Source: a virus
Reading direction: 5' to 3' (one strand)
Virus record (IMG/VR): IMGVR_UViG_3300031576_000025
Location: 1 to 64,000 of that record
Length of the DNA stretch: 64,000 nt
The notes beneath the pieces are model-generated. The model ran no database searches and had not been told where the DNA came from. It saw only the letters and a program-made list of their open reading frames with translations. How positions within the stretch are numbered: the first letter of the stretch is position 1; every line of letters starts with the position of its first letter. Below are positions 56,165-64,000 of this stretch, one piece after another. The position numbers were made by a program, and so were the translations under genes.

Positions 56165-57164
56165 CGGCCACGACGGCCAGGGTGCCATGCCTGAAGATGC
56201 GCTGGCAGCGCAGCCTGACGCCGTGCCTGGACCGGCCAGCGCGGACGGCCAGAACGTGGACCTGTTCGGTGAACCAATAGACGACTTCAAGAGCGCGAAG
56301 GAACGATACGGCACCTGGCCGGTGACGGTGTGGGATTGCGACCTATCGGACCCGACCGTGCGCAAGATGAAGGACGCCATTGGGGACATTTGCAGCAGCC
56401 GCGCCGGGACCGGCAAGCTGGGCTACCAGTCCAAGTCCCGCGGCAGCGCGCGCGCCGGGTGCCTGCGCGAAGCGACGGACGACGCCAGCGTGTACGGCGG
56501 GAAAATAACGGAATCAATCTTCAACCCGGCCGTGGCCGCCTGGATTCTGAACCTGTATGCGCCGCGCACCAAGGACGCCATCTGCTATGACCCGTTCGCC
56601 GGGGGCGGCACCAGGGCAATCATGGCCGCCAAGCACGGCATGAAGTACATGGGCGTTGAAATCCGCCAGGCCGAAGTTGACGCGGTGGAACAGCGGTGCA
56701 AGGCGCTCGGGGTGGACAAGCAGGTGGGAATCATTTGCGGCGACAGCCGCACTGCCACCAAGGACCTTGAAGGCGGCTTCGCTGATTTCCTGCTGACCTG
56801 CCCGCCCTATTACGACCTGGAAACGTACGACGGCGGCCCCAACGATTTGAGCATGGCCCACACCTATGCCGAATTCGTGGCTGGTCTGAAGGACGTGGTG
56901 GAAGAATCCGCGCGCGTGCTGCGGCCAGGGGCGTTTAGCTGCTGGGTGGTTGGGCTGCACCGCAATGACGCCGGGGAAATCCTAGCCATGCACCACGACC
57001 TTGCGCGGCTGCACCAGGAAGCCGGATTCAGGTTCAAGGAAGAAGTGATTTTGCACCAGCGCAACAACGGGGCCATTCAGCGGGTGGGCCAGTTTGAAAA
57101 AGGGGACAAGCGGTTGGTGCGCATTCACGAATACCTGCTGGTGTTCGTGCGGGGGATTGAATGA
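56154..57164 (+). CDS. N4-C/N6-A DNA methyltransferase
   Basis: YDPFAGGGT SAM motif followed by TCPPYY catalytic motif. Confidence 0.88.
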   Translation: MLTSGHDGQGAMPEDALAAQPDAVPGPASADGQNVDLFGEPIDDFKSAKERYGTWPVTVWDCDLSDPTVRKMKDAIGDICSSRAGTGKLGYQSKSRGSARAGCLREATDDASVYGGKITESIFNPAVAAWILNLYAPRTKDAICYDPFAGGGTRAIMAAKHGMKYMGVEIRQAEVDAVEQRCKALGVDKQVGIICGDSRTATKDLEGGFADFLLTCPPYYDLETYDGGPNDLSMAHTYAEFVAGLKDVVEESARVLRPGAFSCWVVGLHRNDAGEILAMHHDLARLHQEAGFRFKEEVILHQRNNGAIQRVGQFEKGDKRLVRIHEYLLVFVRGIE

Positions 57165-57574
57165 CCAAGACTATCAAGGCCCTGTCGCTTAAGCAGCCGT
57201 GGCTGAACTGGGTGCGCGACGGACGCAAGACGATTGAAACGCGCACGTGGACTACCAAGCACCGCGGGCCGCTGCTGCTGGTTGCGTCCAAGTCCGTTGA
57301 CAACGAAGCGGCGCTGCTTGACGACGTGACCGCGGACCACGTGTATGTCACCGGCAAGTCTATCTGCCTGGTGGAACTGCTGGACGTTCGGCCAATGACC
57401 GAAGCGGACGTGGCCGCAGCCATGTGCCCGTGCAGCCCCGGCCGGTTCGCCTGGGTGCTTGGCCTGGTGCAGCCGATTGTCCCTGTGCCAGTGCGCGGCC
57501 AGCTGAACATATTTGACGTGCCGCTGACCGCTGACGTGGCAGCTATCATTGCGAACTGGGAGGACGGGAAGTGA
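57161..57574 (+). CDS. ASCH domain protein
   Basis: ALSLKQPW...GRKTIETRTW...HRGPLLL. Confidence 0.92.
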   Translation: MTKTIKALSLKQPWLNWVRDGRKTIETRTWTTKHRGPLLLVASKSVDNEAALLDDVTADHVYVTGKSICLVELLDVRPMTEADVAAAMCPCSPGRFAWVLGLVQPIVPVPVRGQLNIFDVPLTADVAAIIANWEDGK

Positions 57575-57918
57575 GCCAGAACCAGGCTGACGGTCGGACG
57601 CTGCCGCTTGCTGTCGAATACAACCCGCTGCGGGACGTGCTGATGGTGGACGGGGTGAAGTACGCTGGCACGCTGTTCCGCATGATTTCCAGCGGTCGGC
57701 TTTGGCGCGCCATGCGAATAATCGAACGGACGGAAGATGGGCAAGTCGTCATGCAGGACGTGCAGACGATTGCGGACGGCGTTGTGGACGCGGCAGAAAA
57801 CCTATTAAAGGAAGCCAGCGCGCTTCAGTCGGACGGTGCCGCGCCGCCGTTGCTGGCAGCGGCCATGGCCAACCTGCGGGCTGCTGCCGCGCGGCTTGGC
57901 GGGGCTGGTGGCACATGA
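57571..57918 (+). CDS. hypothetical protein
   Basis: Coupled ORF. Confidence 0.6.
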   Translation: MSQNQADGRTLPLAVEYNPLRDVLMVDGVKYAGTLFRMISSGRLWRAMRIIERTEDGQVVMQDVQTIADGVVDAAENLLKEASALQSDGAAPPLLAAAMANLRAAAARLGGAGGT

Positions 57919-58268
57919 GTAGGACGTTGACAGTGACGGTGAAAACCCCACAGGGTCCGAAGCACATAGGCACTTTCGGTGACGCCGTGCTGCGCAAGCG
58001 TGTGGCTAAATCCAAGCACTTCCTTTGGAAGCTGCGCGCATGGGGCATGGACGCCACCGCGCTGCGCGTGCTGTCTGAACGCGGCTGCGCGACGGTGGAA
58101 TATCTGGAAACGGAAAGCAAGACGGTGTACACCAGCACCATGACCGACTGGCAGGACAAGGGGCAGCGCGCCGATTTCGGGCACGGGCCGCAGGTGTTCC
58201 TGCCGCTTATGTATTGGACCAGCAGGCAGTTGGACCAGGCGCAGCTGGAACTTTTCAAGGGGGCGTGA
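57915..58268 (+). CDS. conserved phage hypothetical protein
   Basis: SKHFLWKLRAWGMD...DFGHGPQVFLPL. Confidence 0.7.
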   Translation: MSRTLTVTVKTPQGPKHIGTFGDAVLRKRVAKSKHFLWKLRAWGMDATALRVLSERGCATVEYLETESKTVYTSTMTDWQDKGQRADFGHGPQVFLPLMYWTSRQLDQAQLELFKGA

Positions 58269-58744
58269 TGAAGGAATTAACGACGACCGGGAAGCTGCGC
58301 GCGGCACGCAAAGCCATTGCGTACCACCTGGCGAATTCCGAAGCCATGCGTTCGGAAATCGCCCGGCTGACGCAGGTTGTGGCGCAGTACGAACTTTCCC
58401 TGAAGGTCGCCACGGAAAGAATGGTTGACGTGGAAAAATCCAATCAGCGTTTCATGGCAGAAACGCAGGCCGCCGGTGTCGTCGCCGCAGCCGCGCGCCA
58501 TGAATCCGACCTGCAACGCCGCGCAAAAAACCACGTGGAAATGTTGCTGCGGGAAGAACGGCAGAAGTCAACGCGCTACCAGCTTATGCTGGCGTGCAAG
58601 GACTTGGCGTTGGAAAAGGGGCAGGCCGCCATCCTGGTGGCCGTGACCAACGAGAACGGCTTAGACGGTGCCGACGGGGAACGGGTGGCGGTGCTTATGG
58701 ACGCTGCGCTGCACGCAGAAGTTCGCCTGTCGGAAGGGAAGTAG
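58268..58744 (+). CDS. coiled-coil protein
   Basis: Heptad-like helical sequence. Confidence 0.65.
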   Translation: MKELTTTGKLRAARKAIAYHLANSEAMRSEIARLTQVVAQYELSLKVATERMVDVEKSNQRFMAETQAAGVVAAAARHESDLQRRAKNHVEMLLREERQKSTRYQLMLACKDLALEKGQAAILVAVTNENGLDGADGERVAVLMDAALHAEVRLSEGK

Positions 58745-58769
58745 GTCTACCGACCCAACGTCCTGGGCC

Positions 58770-58798
58770 TTGACAGTTACCAGTAATACGCTTATACT
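58770..58798 (+). promoter_or_regulatory. sigma70 promoter with operator
   Basis: TTGACA-17-TATACT containing TTACCAGTAA. Confidence 0.85.
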
Positions 58799-58834
58799 CC
58801 TAGTACAGCCGCGTCAAGGACCGGCGGGGGAAAA

Positions 58835-59164
58835 ATGGACAAGACGACCAGGCAGGGGGGACTGAAGGTGGTGCGGACGACCGCCAGAGGTCCCGTGTAC
58901 GAGCTTTTCAAGGTGGTGTCCGACTTCGGCAGCCACGGCCTGCGCGGGCACAAGGACGCCGGGACCTTCTACCCGGCTGGCGATATGTTCGCCTTCCACA
59001 CGCAGGACGCCGCCGCGCAGCGCATGGCTGACCTGCGCGCCAACAAGGACGGCGGCCTGGACACCGGCCTGCTGCCCGCCTTGGCCAGCGCCAGCGGCGC
59101 GGCCCTTGCCGACAGCCTCCGCGTCATCAGCATATTCGACGGGCCCGGCCTGGGTGGCTTCTAG
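58835..59164 (+). CDS. hypothetical early protein
   Basis: Follows promoter, hairpin and G-run RBS. Confidence 0.7.
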   Translation: MDKTTRQGGLKVVRTTARGPVYELFKVVSDFGSHGLRGHKDAGTFYPAGDMFAFHTQDAAAQRMADLRANKDGGLDTGLLPALASASGAALADSLRVISIFDGPGLGGF

Positions 59165-59381
59165 TGGCCGCCGCGGGCTTCGACGAGCCGGGCTTCCTGA
59201 CCAGCGGACGGGCCTACCTTAACGGCCTGCTGGCGACCCACGCGCGGCCATTGCGGCCGGGCGAGGGCCTGGGCGGGCCGTGCTGCCAGCTGGCTGCCGC
59301 CGAGTACCTGCTGCCTGACGGCACCAAGGCGTGCCGGGCCTGCGCCAAGCTGCGGCTGCCTGCGCTGCTGGGGGTGGCGAC

Positions 59382-59816
59382 ATGACGCGCAAGCGCGGGG
59401 CGTTGGCCGCGCAGCTGGCGGCGGCTTCCGTGGCCAAGCTGGACCGTCGGGGCCTGGTGTCCCGGCTGGCGTCCAGCCCTTACCGGGTGTGGGCGGCCTA
59501 CTACGAGCTGCACTTCGCGGACAAAACCCTGTACCTGCACGTGCTGGTGGGCGCGCGGACCCACCGGGCCGCGTGCATGGCCTTCCTGTCCCAGCCGGTG
59601 CGCAAGCTGGGGCCTGTGACGGTCCAGCCCAAGGGGGTGCTTCCCAAGCCCGTGGCGCACCGGGACACCCGGGCCATGCTCATGGAGGTGGGCGGTGGGC
59701 TAGACCTGGGCACGGACGTGCTGCGCAAGCTGGCGGCGGACTTTGACCCGGACCATACGGACTTCGGTGGGCCGGTGGACGGCGCGCGGACCAACGGCCC
59801 GCGCAGGGGGGCGTGA
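59382..59816 (+). CDS. hypothetical protein
   Basis: ATGA-coupled ORF. Confidence 0.55.
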   Translation: MTRKRGALAAQLAAASVAKLDRRGLVSRLASSPYRVWAAYYELHFADKTLYLHVLVGARTHRAACMAFLSQPVRKLGPVTVQPKGVLPKPVAHRDTRAMLMEVGGGLDLGTDVLRKLAADFDPDHTDFGGPVDGARTNGPRRGA

Positions 59817-59987
59817 ACATGGCGAGCACTGGCGAGGTAAAGGAAAAGGCGGCGCAGGGGACGGTGGACATGCGGTACTACAAGGCGGACGTGCGGGCGG
59901 CCATCGCCAAGCGTGGGGCCTTCACGGACACCTTCAGCATGGGCGGCCTGCGCTGGACGGTGAAGGCCGAGCTGGCGGGGTCCTGAA

Positions 59988-60488
59988 ATGGCAACGACAC
60001 GGGCGGCGAAGGTGGCGGCGCAGTACCAGGGCGGGCTTTCGGACTGGGTGGCCAATGACCCGGGATTCATAGCCTACGCGGCGCGGGGGGCGGCCCCGGT
60101 CATGGGCTACGTGGGGCACCGCTGCCGCCGGAACTGGCTGGACGCCATCGTGGAGGAAGAGCTGCGACGGGCGGGCTGCACGGTGCCCGAAATCGTCGCG
60201 TGGCTGACCAGCACCGACGGGCGGCACACGGGCGACAGCCTGGAGGACTGCAAGGCCGCGGAAAGGATAGAAACGCGCCGCCTGGTGCGCCGCGGCTTCG
60301 GCAACATGAAGGACCGCCTTCAGGCGTGGGCCCACCCCAGCCACGGCGGCATGTGGTCGGACACCGTGCGCCTGCTGCACCAGCTGTTCCCATGGAAGTA
60401 CGACACCACGGGGCGGGTCCGGCCAGAATACGGGGGCACCGGAACGCCCCTGAAGGCCGCCGCGGACTGGGGCATCCGCCATGCGTGA
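59988..60488 (+). CDS. hypothetical protein
   Basis: Typical codon usage; overlaps next gene. Confidence 0.65.
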   Translation: MATTRAAKVAAQYQGGLSDWVANDPGFIAYAARGAAPVMGYVGHRCRRNWLDAIVEEELRRAGCTVPEIVAWLTSTDGRHTGDSLEDCKAAERIETRRLVRRGFGNMKDRLQAWAHPSHGGMWSDTVRLLHQLFPWKYDTTGRVRPEYGGTGTPLKAAADWGIRHA

Positions 60489-61194
60489 ATCCATAAACGC
60501 CTGGGAAGAACGAACCTTCCCGAAGCACTACGCGCTGCTGGTGCCGCCCCACCTGCGGGTGGCGCTGACGCACGCCTTGGGGCGGGCCCTGGGGGTGCCC
60601 GTCTACAACGTGGAACTGACCCTGCGCCGCAACGGCTGCGGCAAGTGCTTCCCGCGCGCGCGCCATATCCTGCTGCCCATCCCCAAATGCACCGTGTCCG
60701 TGGGCGTGATAACGCACGAACTGGCCCACCAGTACGCCTACGAGCACGGTTACGACGGGCACCACGGGCAGCCCTGGCGGTCGGCCATGTGCAGGCTGGC
60801 GGCCTTCACCAAGCCGGACGTGCCGGGCAACCCGCTGGAAAAGGCGTGGGCGGAAGCCACCGCGCAGGTCCAGCAGACCGCCGTTGCGCAGGTGGCCAGG
60901 GCGCAGAAGGTGTCAGCGCGGTTGCAGCGGGAAGCCGAACGCGCCGCGGCGACGAAGGCCGCGCGGTCCACGGCCGAAAACAGATTGGCCCAGGTCCGCG
61001 CGCGGATAAAGCGCCTGGAAACCAAGGTGCGCGGCCTGCAAACCAGGCTGAAGTCGGCGCGGCGCAGCGAAGCTGCCTTGGCGCGCGTCGTGGCTGCGCG
61101 GGTGCTGCGGGCCACGGCCCCAAGCGCGTCCGAAATCGCAGCGGCAGAAGCGCGCCTGGCGTCCGACACGGGAACGTACGGCGGGGGGACATAA
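60481..61194 (+). CDS. SprT-like zinc metalloprotease with coiled-coil tail
   Basis: THELAH...GHHGQPW. Confidence 0.75.
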   Translation: MRESINAWEERTFPKHYALLVPPHLRVALTHALGRALGVPVYNVELTLRRNGCGKCFPRARHILLPIPKCTVSVGVITHELAHQYAYEHGYDGHHGQPWRSAMCRLAAFTKPDVPGNPLEKAWAEATAQVQQTAVAQVARAQKVSARLQREAERAAATKAARSTAENRLAQVRARIKRLETKVRGLQTRLKSARRSEAALARVVAARVLRATAPSASEIAAAEARLASDTGTYGGGT

Positions 61195-61661
61195 TGGAAA
61201 CCATGCGGCGCGTCAGGAAATTGCTGCGGCCGGAAACCGGGGGCGGTGTGCTGCTGTACCTGGAATGCGGGCACACGCTGGCTTCCAACACGCACGGGGC
61301 CATGCCCGCGCTGGAAATCTTCGCGCTGTCGTTGTCCTGCGCGACCTGCGGAAGCCAAGACGCCAGCTGGGAACGGGGGCGCTTGGACGGGGTGGCGCTG
61401 GCGCGCAGCCACGCGGACGTGCGCACGCGCGAAGCGGCCAAGGAAATCATCCGCGGCGCGCACAAAACCCTGTTCCCCAAGGAAGGGCTGGGGGTGACCA
61501 GGAAGCGGTGGACCAAGGGCATGTACTTCGGCTACTGGCGCACCATGGTCAACGAAAACGGGGTGGCGGACGTGCCGTACCAGGGGGACCAGGACTTTGT
61601 GCCGGTGGGCGCGGACGGCGTGCGGCGCGCGCGGGCCGCGGGCCAGGGGCCGCTGGCATGA
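61194..61661 (+). CDS. hypothetical protein
   Basis: LECGH...CATC; G-run RBS. Confidence 0.6.
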   Translation: METMRRVRKLLRPETGGGVLLYLECGHTLASNTHGAMPALEIFALSLSCATCGSQDASWERGRLDGVALARSHADVRTREAAKEIIRGAHKTLFPKEGLGVTRKRWTKGMYFGYWRTMVNENGVADVPYQGDQDFVPVGADGVRRARAAGQGPLA

Positions 61662-61999
61662 GCTGGCCGCGTGAGCCGTGGCGCATGGGCTACAGGGACG
61701 GGTCCGGCAAGAATGTCCTGACGGCCAAGGTGGGCCGCAAGCGCACTGGCCTGCTGGTGGCGTGGTCAGGAAAGGGCTGCGGCTGCTGCGCGGGCGACAC
61801 GAAGCCGATAGAACAGGCTGCGCTGGAGCGCGCTGCTTCATGCGTCAACGCCTGTGCTGGTCTGGCGGACCCGTGCGCCACCATGAACCAGGCCCGGCAC
61901 GCGCTGCTGCTGACCAGGGCACGTGTCAAGCTGGCCTTGGACCCGGTGCTGGCAGAGGCCGTGTACAAGGCGTTGGGTGTGCTGGGGGTGAGCCCGTGA
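61658..61999 (+). CDS. hypothetical protein
   Basis: RAASCVNACAG motif; coupled on both sides. Confidence 0.6.
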   Translation: MSWPREPWRMGYRDGSGKNVLTAKVGRKRTGLLVAWSGKGCGCCAGDTKPIEQAALERAASCVNACAGLADPCATMNQARHALLLTRARVKLALDPVLAEAVYKALGVLGVSP

Positions 62000-62688
62000 A
62001 GCTGTACCACGGGACGGCCGCGGCGAACCTGGGGGCTGTTCGCGCCCGCGGCCTGGTGCCCCGTGGACGGTTCAACAAGCGCAGCAATTGGGAACACACC
62101 GCGCGCAGCCGCGCCGGGCACGTCTACCTGACCACGGCCTATCCGCTTTACTTTGCCCTGTGCGCCAGCGGTGACGAAAACGCGCTGGTGGTGGAAGTGG
62201 ACACCGACAGGCTGGACCCGCGGCGGATGTACCCGGACGAGGATTTCTTGGCGCACGTTCTGGCGCAGCAGGCTGTGGCCAGCAAGGCGCTGCACCGGCC
62301 GGTCCTAAATAAGCTGACGCAGACGGTCAACCTGGAAGCCAACCGCGACCTGTGGGGAAAATCGCTTGAGCTGCTGGGGACGTGCAGCTACTTCGGCCAT
62401 GTGCCGCCAGCGGCAATCACGCGCTACGCCACCGTGGACGTAATGGCGCGCCCCAGCCTGGCCATGCTGTGCGTGGACCCCACTATCACGCTGGCAAACT
62501 ACCGCTTCTGTGGCTGGAAGTACCGGCAGCTGGTGGCCTGGATTTTTGGGGACGCGCCGGACCTGCCGGGCGCGGTCCCGCCGGAACACATGGCGCAGCT
62601 TGGCGAACTGCCGGGCATGGCCGAAGCCGCTGCGGCCCTGGCTGCGGAATCCGTGGACCGCCGCGGCGTGGCGGTGCTTCTGCCGTGA
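61996..62688 (+). CDS. ADP-ribosyltransferase-fold protein
   Basis: LYHGT...GL.P...VYLTT...VVEVD. Confidence 0.7.
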   Translation: MKLYHGTAAANLGAVRARGLVPRGRFNKRSNWEHTARSRAGHVYLTTAYPLYFALCASGDENALVVEVDTDRLDPRRMYPDEDFLAHVLAQQAVASKALHRPVLNKLTQTVNLEANRDLWGKSLELLGTCSYFGHVPPAAITRYATVDVMARPSLAMLCVDPTITLANYRFCGWKYRQLVAWIFGDAPDLPGAVPPEHMAQLGELPGMAEAAAALAAESVDRRGVAVLLP

Positions 62689-62723
62689 TAATTTAGGCCC
62701 GGCAAGACCGGGCGGGGGGACGT

Positions 62724-63104
62724 ATGGACAACGTAAAGACGGGCCAGCAAACGCTGGGCAGGGCGCTGGCCAAGGTGCGCGCCGCCGGGCTTAAGGCTGG
62801 CCTTGACGCCGACAAGCTGAACGCTGCGCTGCTGGCCGCCACCAACAGCAGGGCCCTGCCCACGCTGAAGCGCCTGCCTTCTGAAGTGGCCATGCGCGCC
62901 TGCGCGCTGCTGCCCAATGCCGGTGACGCGGCCATCCTGGTGCGCCTGAAGAACGGCGGGGTCCGGGTCTACACCAAGGCCAGCCACCGCACCCTGGTGG
63001 AATCCGGGCGGCGCGCGGGCAAGGCGCTCGGCGGCAATCGCAACGCGGCCGGGAAGGGCCCCACGGAAACGGCTGGGCATATCCCCGCCAGTGGCGCGGC
63101 ATGA
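62724..63104 (+). CDS. hypothetical basic protein
   Basis: Hairpin and G-run RBS upstream. Confidence 0.6.
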   Translation: MDNVKTGQQTLGRALAKVRAAGLKAGLDADKLNAALLAATNSRALPTLKRLPSEVAMRACALLPNAGDAAILVRLKNGGVRVYTKASHRTLVESGRRAGKALGGNRNAAGKGPTETAGHIPASGAA

Positions 63105-64000
63105 ACATTAACCTGCACCCTGCGACAATCAAGCTGCTGAAGGGCAAGGGCATCAAGCAAATCGAAAGGCACCTGGATTTCCACAACGACGACGTGCTGG
63201 AATTCGACCTGGACAAGCTGACGGCCAAGGAACTTTCGGCGGTGAAGGACGCCCTTGGAAAGACGGCGGCCGGGCCGGACAGCACCGAACAGCGCAGCGC
63301 CGTCCGGTCCATTGGAATCATCGCCGCCGTGGCCGACGCCGACAACGCGCCGGGGGACAAGAAGGTTGCCAAGCTGGAACTGCTGGCGACCCTGCTGCGG
63401 TCCTATATCAGGACAGCCAATGGCTACCGGGTCTACAAGAAGGCCGACGACGACGACGCTTTCTTTTTGCCGCATATCGTCACCAAGGTGACCTACCACC
63501 CCCCGGAACGCAGCCGCAGCGGCGACACGTCGCCAGCCCACGTGTTAATGCAATTGGCCCACTACAGAAATGGGTCCGTCTGCAAAGACACCCACGCCTT
63601 CTATTCCCACCACACGCGCCAAAAAACGGTTGCGCAGATTTTCCACGCCGCCGGTTACGTCCTGGCTAACGACGACCTGGACAAGACCTATGAAAACGAC
63701 CTGAAGCTGTTTCGGGAAACCGAGCACCTGGTCGGTGTCCAGTTCTTGGCGGCCGGTATCGCCAGCACAGGGCGGCACCGCTGGGACCAGTTCAGTCTGC
63801 TGGTAGACGGCCAGCGGTCGCGCGCAGTGGTTGAAGAACGCACCGACGACAACGGGAAAAAGACCAAGGAAGCGGCCGTGGTGGACATGGCGTGGTGGAA
63901 CAACGCCAAGGGCGTGCGCGACGAGGACGACCTGGACGACGACCTGGACGACGCGGGGACGACTGACGACGACGGGGTGCCGCCGCTGCACCCCTACGTC
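63101..64000 (+). CDS. large protein, N-terminal part (runs off window); possibly AAA ATPase
   Basis: Open frame from ATG 63101 to window end; ends PLHPYV; the ATPase guess is from recall only. Confidence 0.6.
   Translation, partial: MNINLHPATIKLLKGKGIKQIERHLDFHNDDVLEFDLDKLTAKELSAVKDALGKTAAGPDSTEQRSAVRSIGIIAAVADADNAPGDKKVAKLELLATLLRSYIRTANGYRVYKKADDDDAFFLPHIVTKVTYHPPERSRSGDTSPAHVLMQLAHYRNGSVCKDTHAFYSHHTRQKTVAQIFHAAGYVLANDDLDKTYENDLKLFRETEHLVGVQFLAAGIASTGRHRWDQFSLLVDGQRSRAVVEERTDDNGKKTKEAAVVDMAWWNNAKGVRDEDDLDDDLDDAGTTDDDGVPPLHPYV

Noticed and set aside
1-64000. Alternative genetic code
   Set aside because: Core genes are intact under code 11, and TAA, TAG and TGA all end genes at coupled junctions

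Overview
This 64 kb window is most of a high-GC tailed (siphovirus-like, HK97-fold) temperate phage genome, with nearly all genes on the + strand. In order: the 3' half of a tRNA-Asn; small accessory genes; a non-coding control region (palindromic repeat array, candidate structured RNA, dif-like site) around an HTH/TerS-like gene; a UDG-like gene and TerL; a portal-MuF fusion; a LigD 3'-phosphoesterase-domain protein; protease/scaffold and major capsid; fibre/decoration genes; neck, tail tube, tape measure and tail-tip genes; a giant repeat protein and a small protein, both with signal peptides; a lysis module; a XerC/D-type recombinase; and an early/replication region (DUF932, Toprim, HTH, SSAP, PD-(D/E)XK nuclease, initiator, DnaC-like loader, DUF5131, DNA MTase, ASCH, SprT, ART-like). 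The most notable signals are a repeated promoter + operator + AAG-loop hairpin cassette, a candidate kissing-loop ncRNA, a dif-like site, secreted fibre-like proteins, a repair enzyme in the head module, and apparent GATC and GAG avoidance. All assignments come from reading motifs by eye; no database searches were run.
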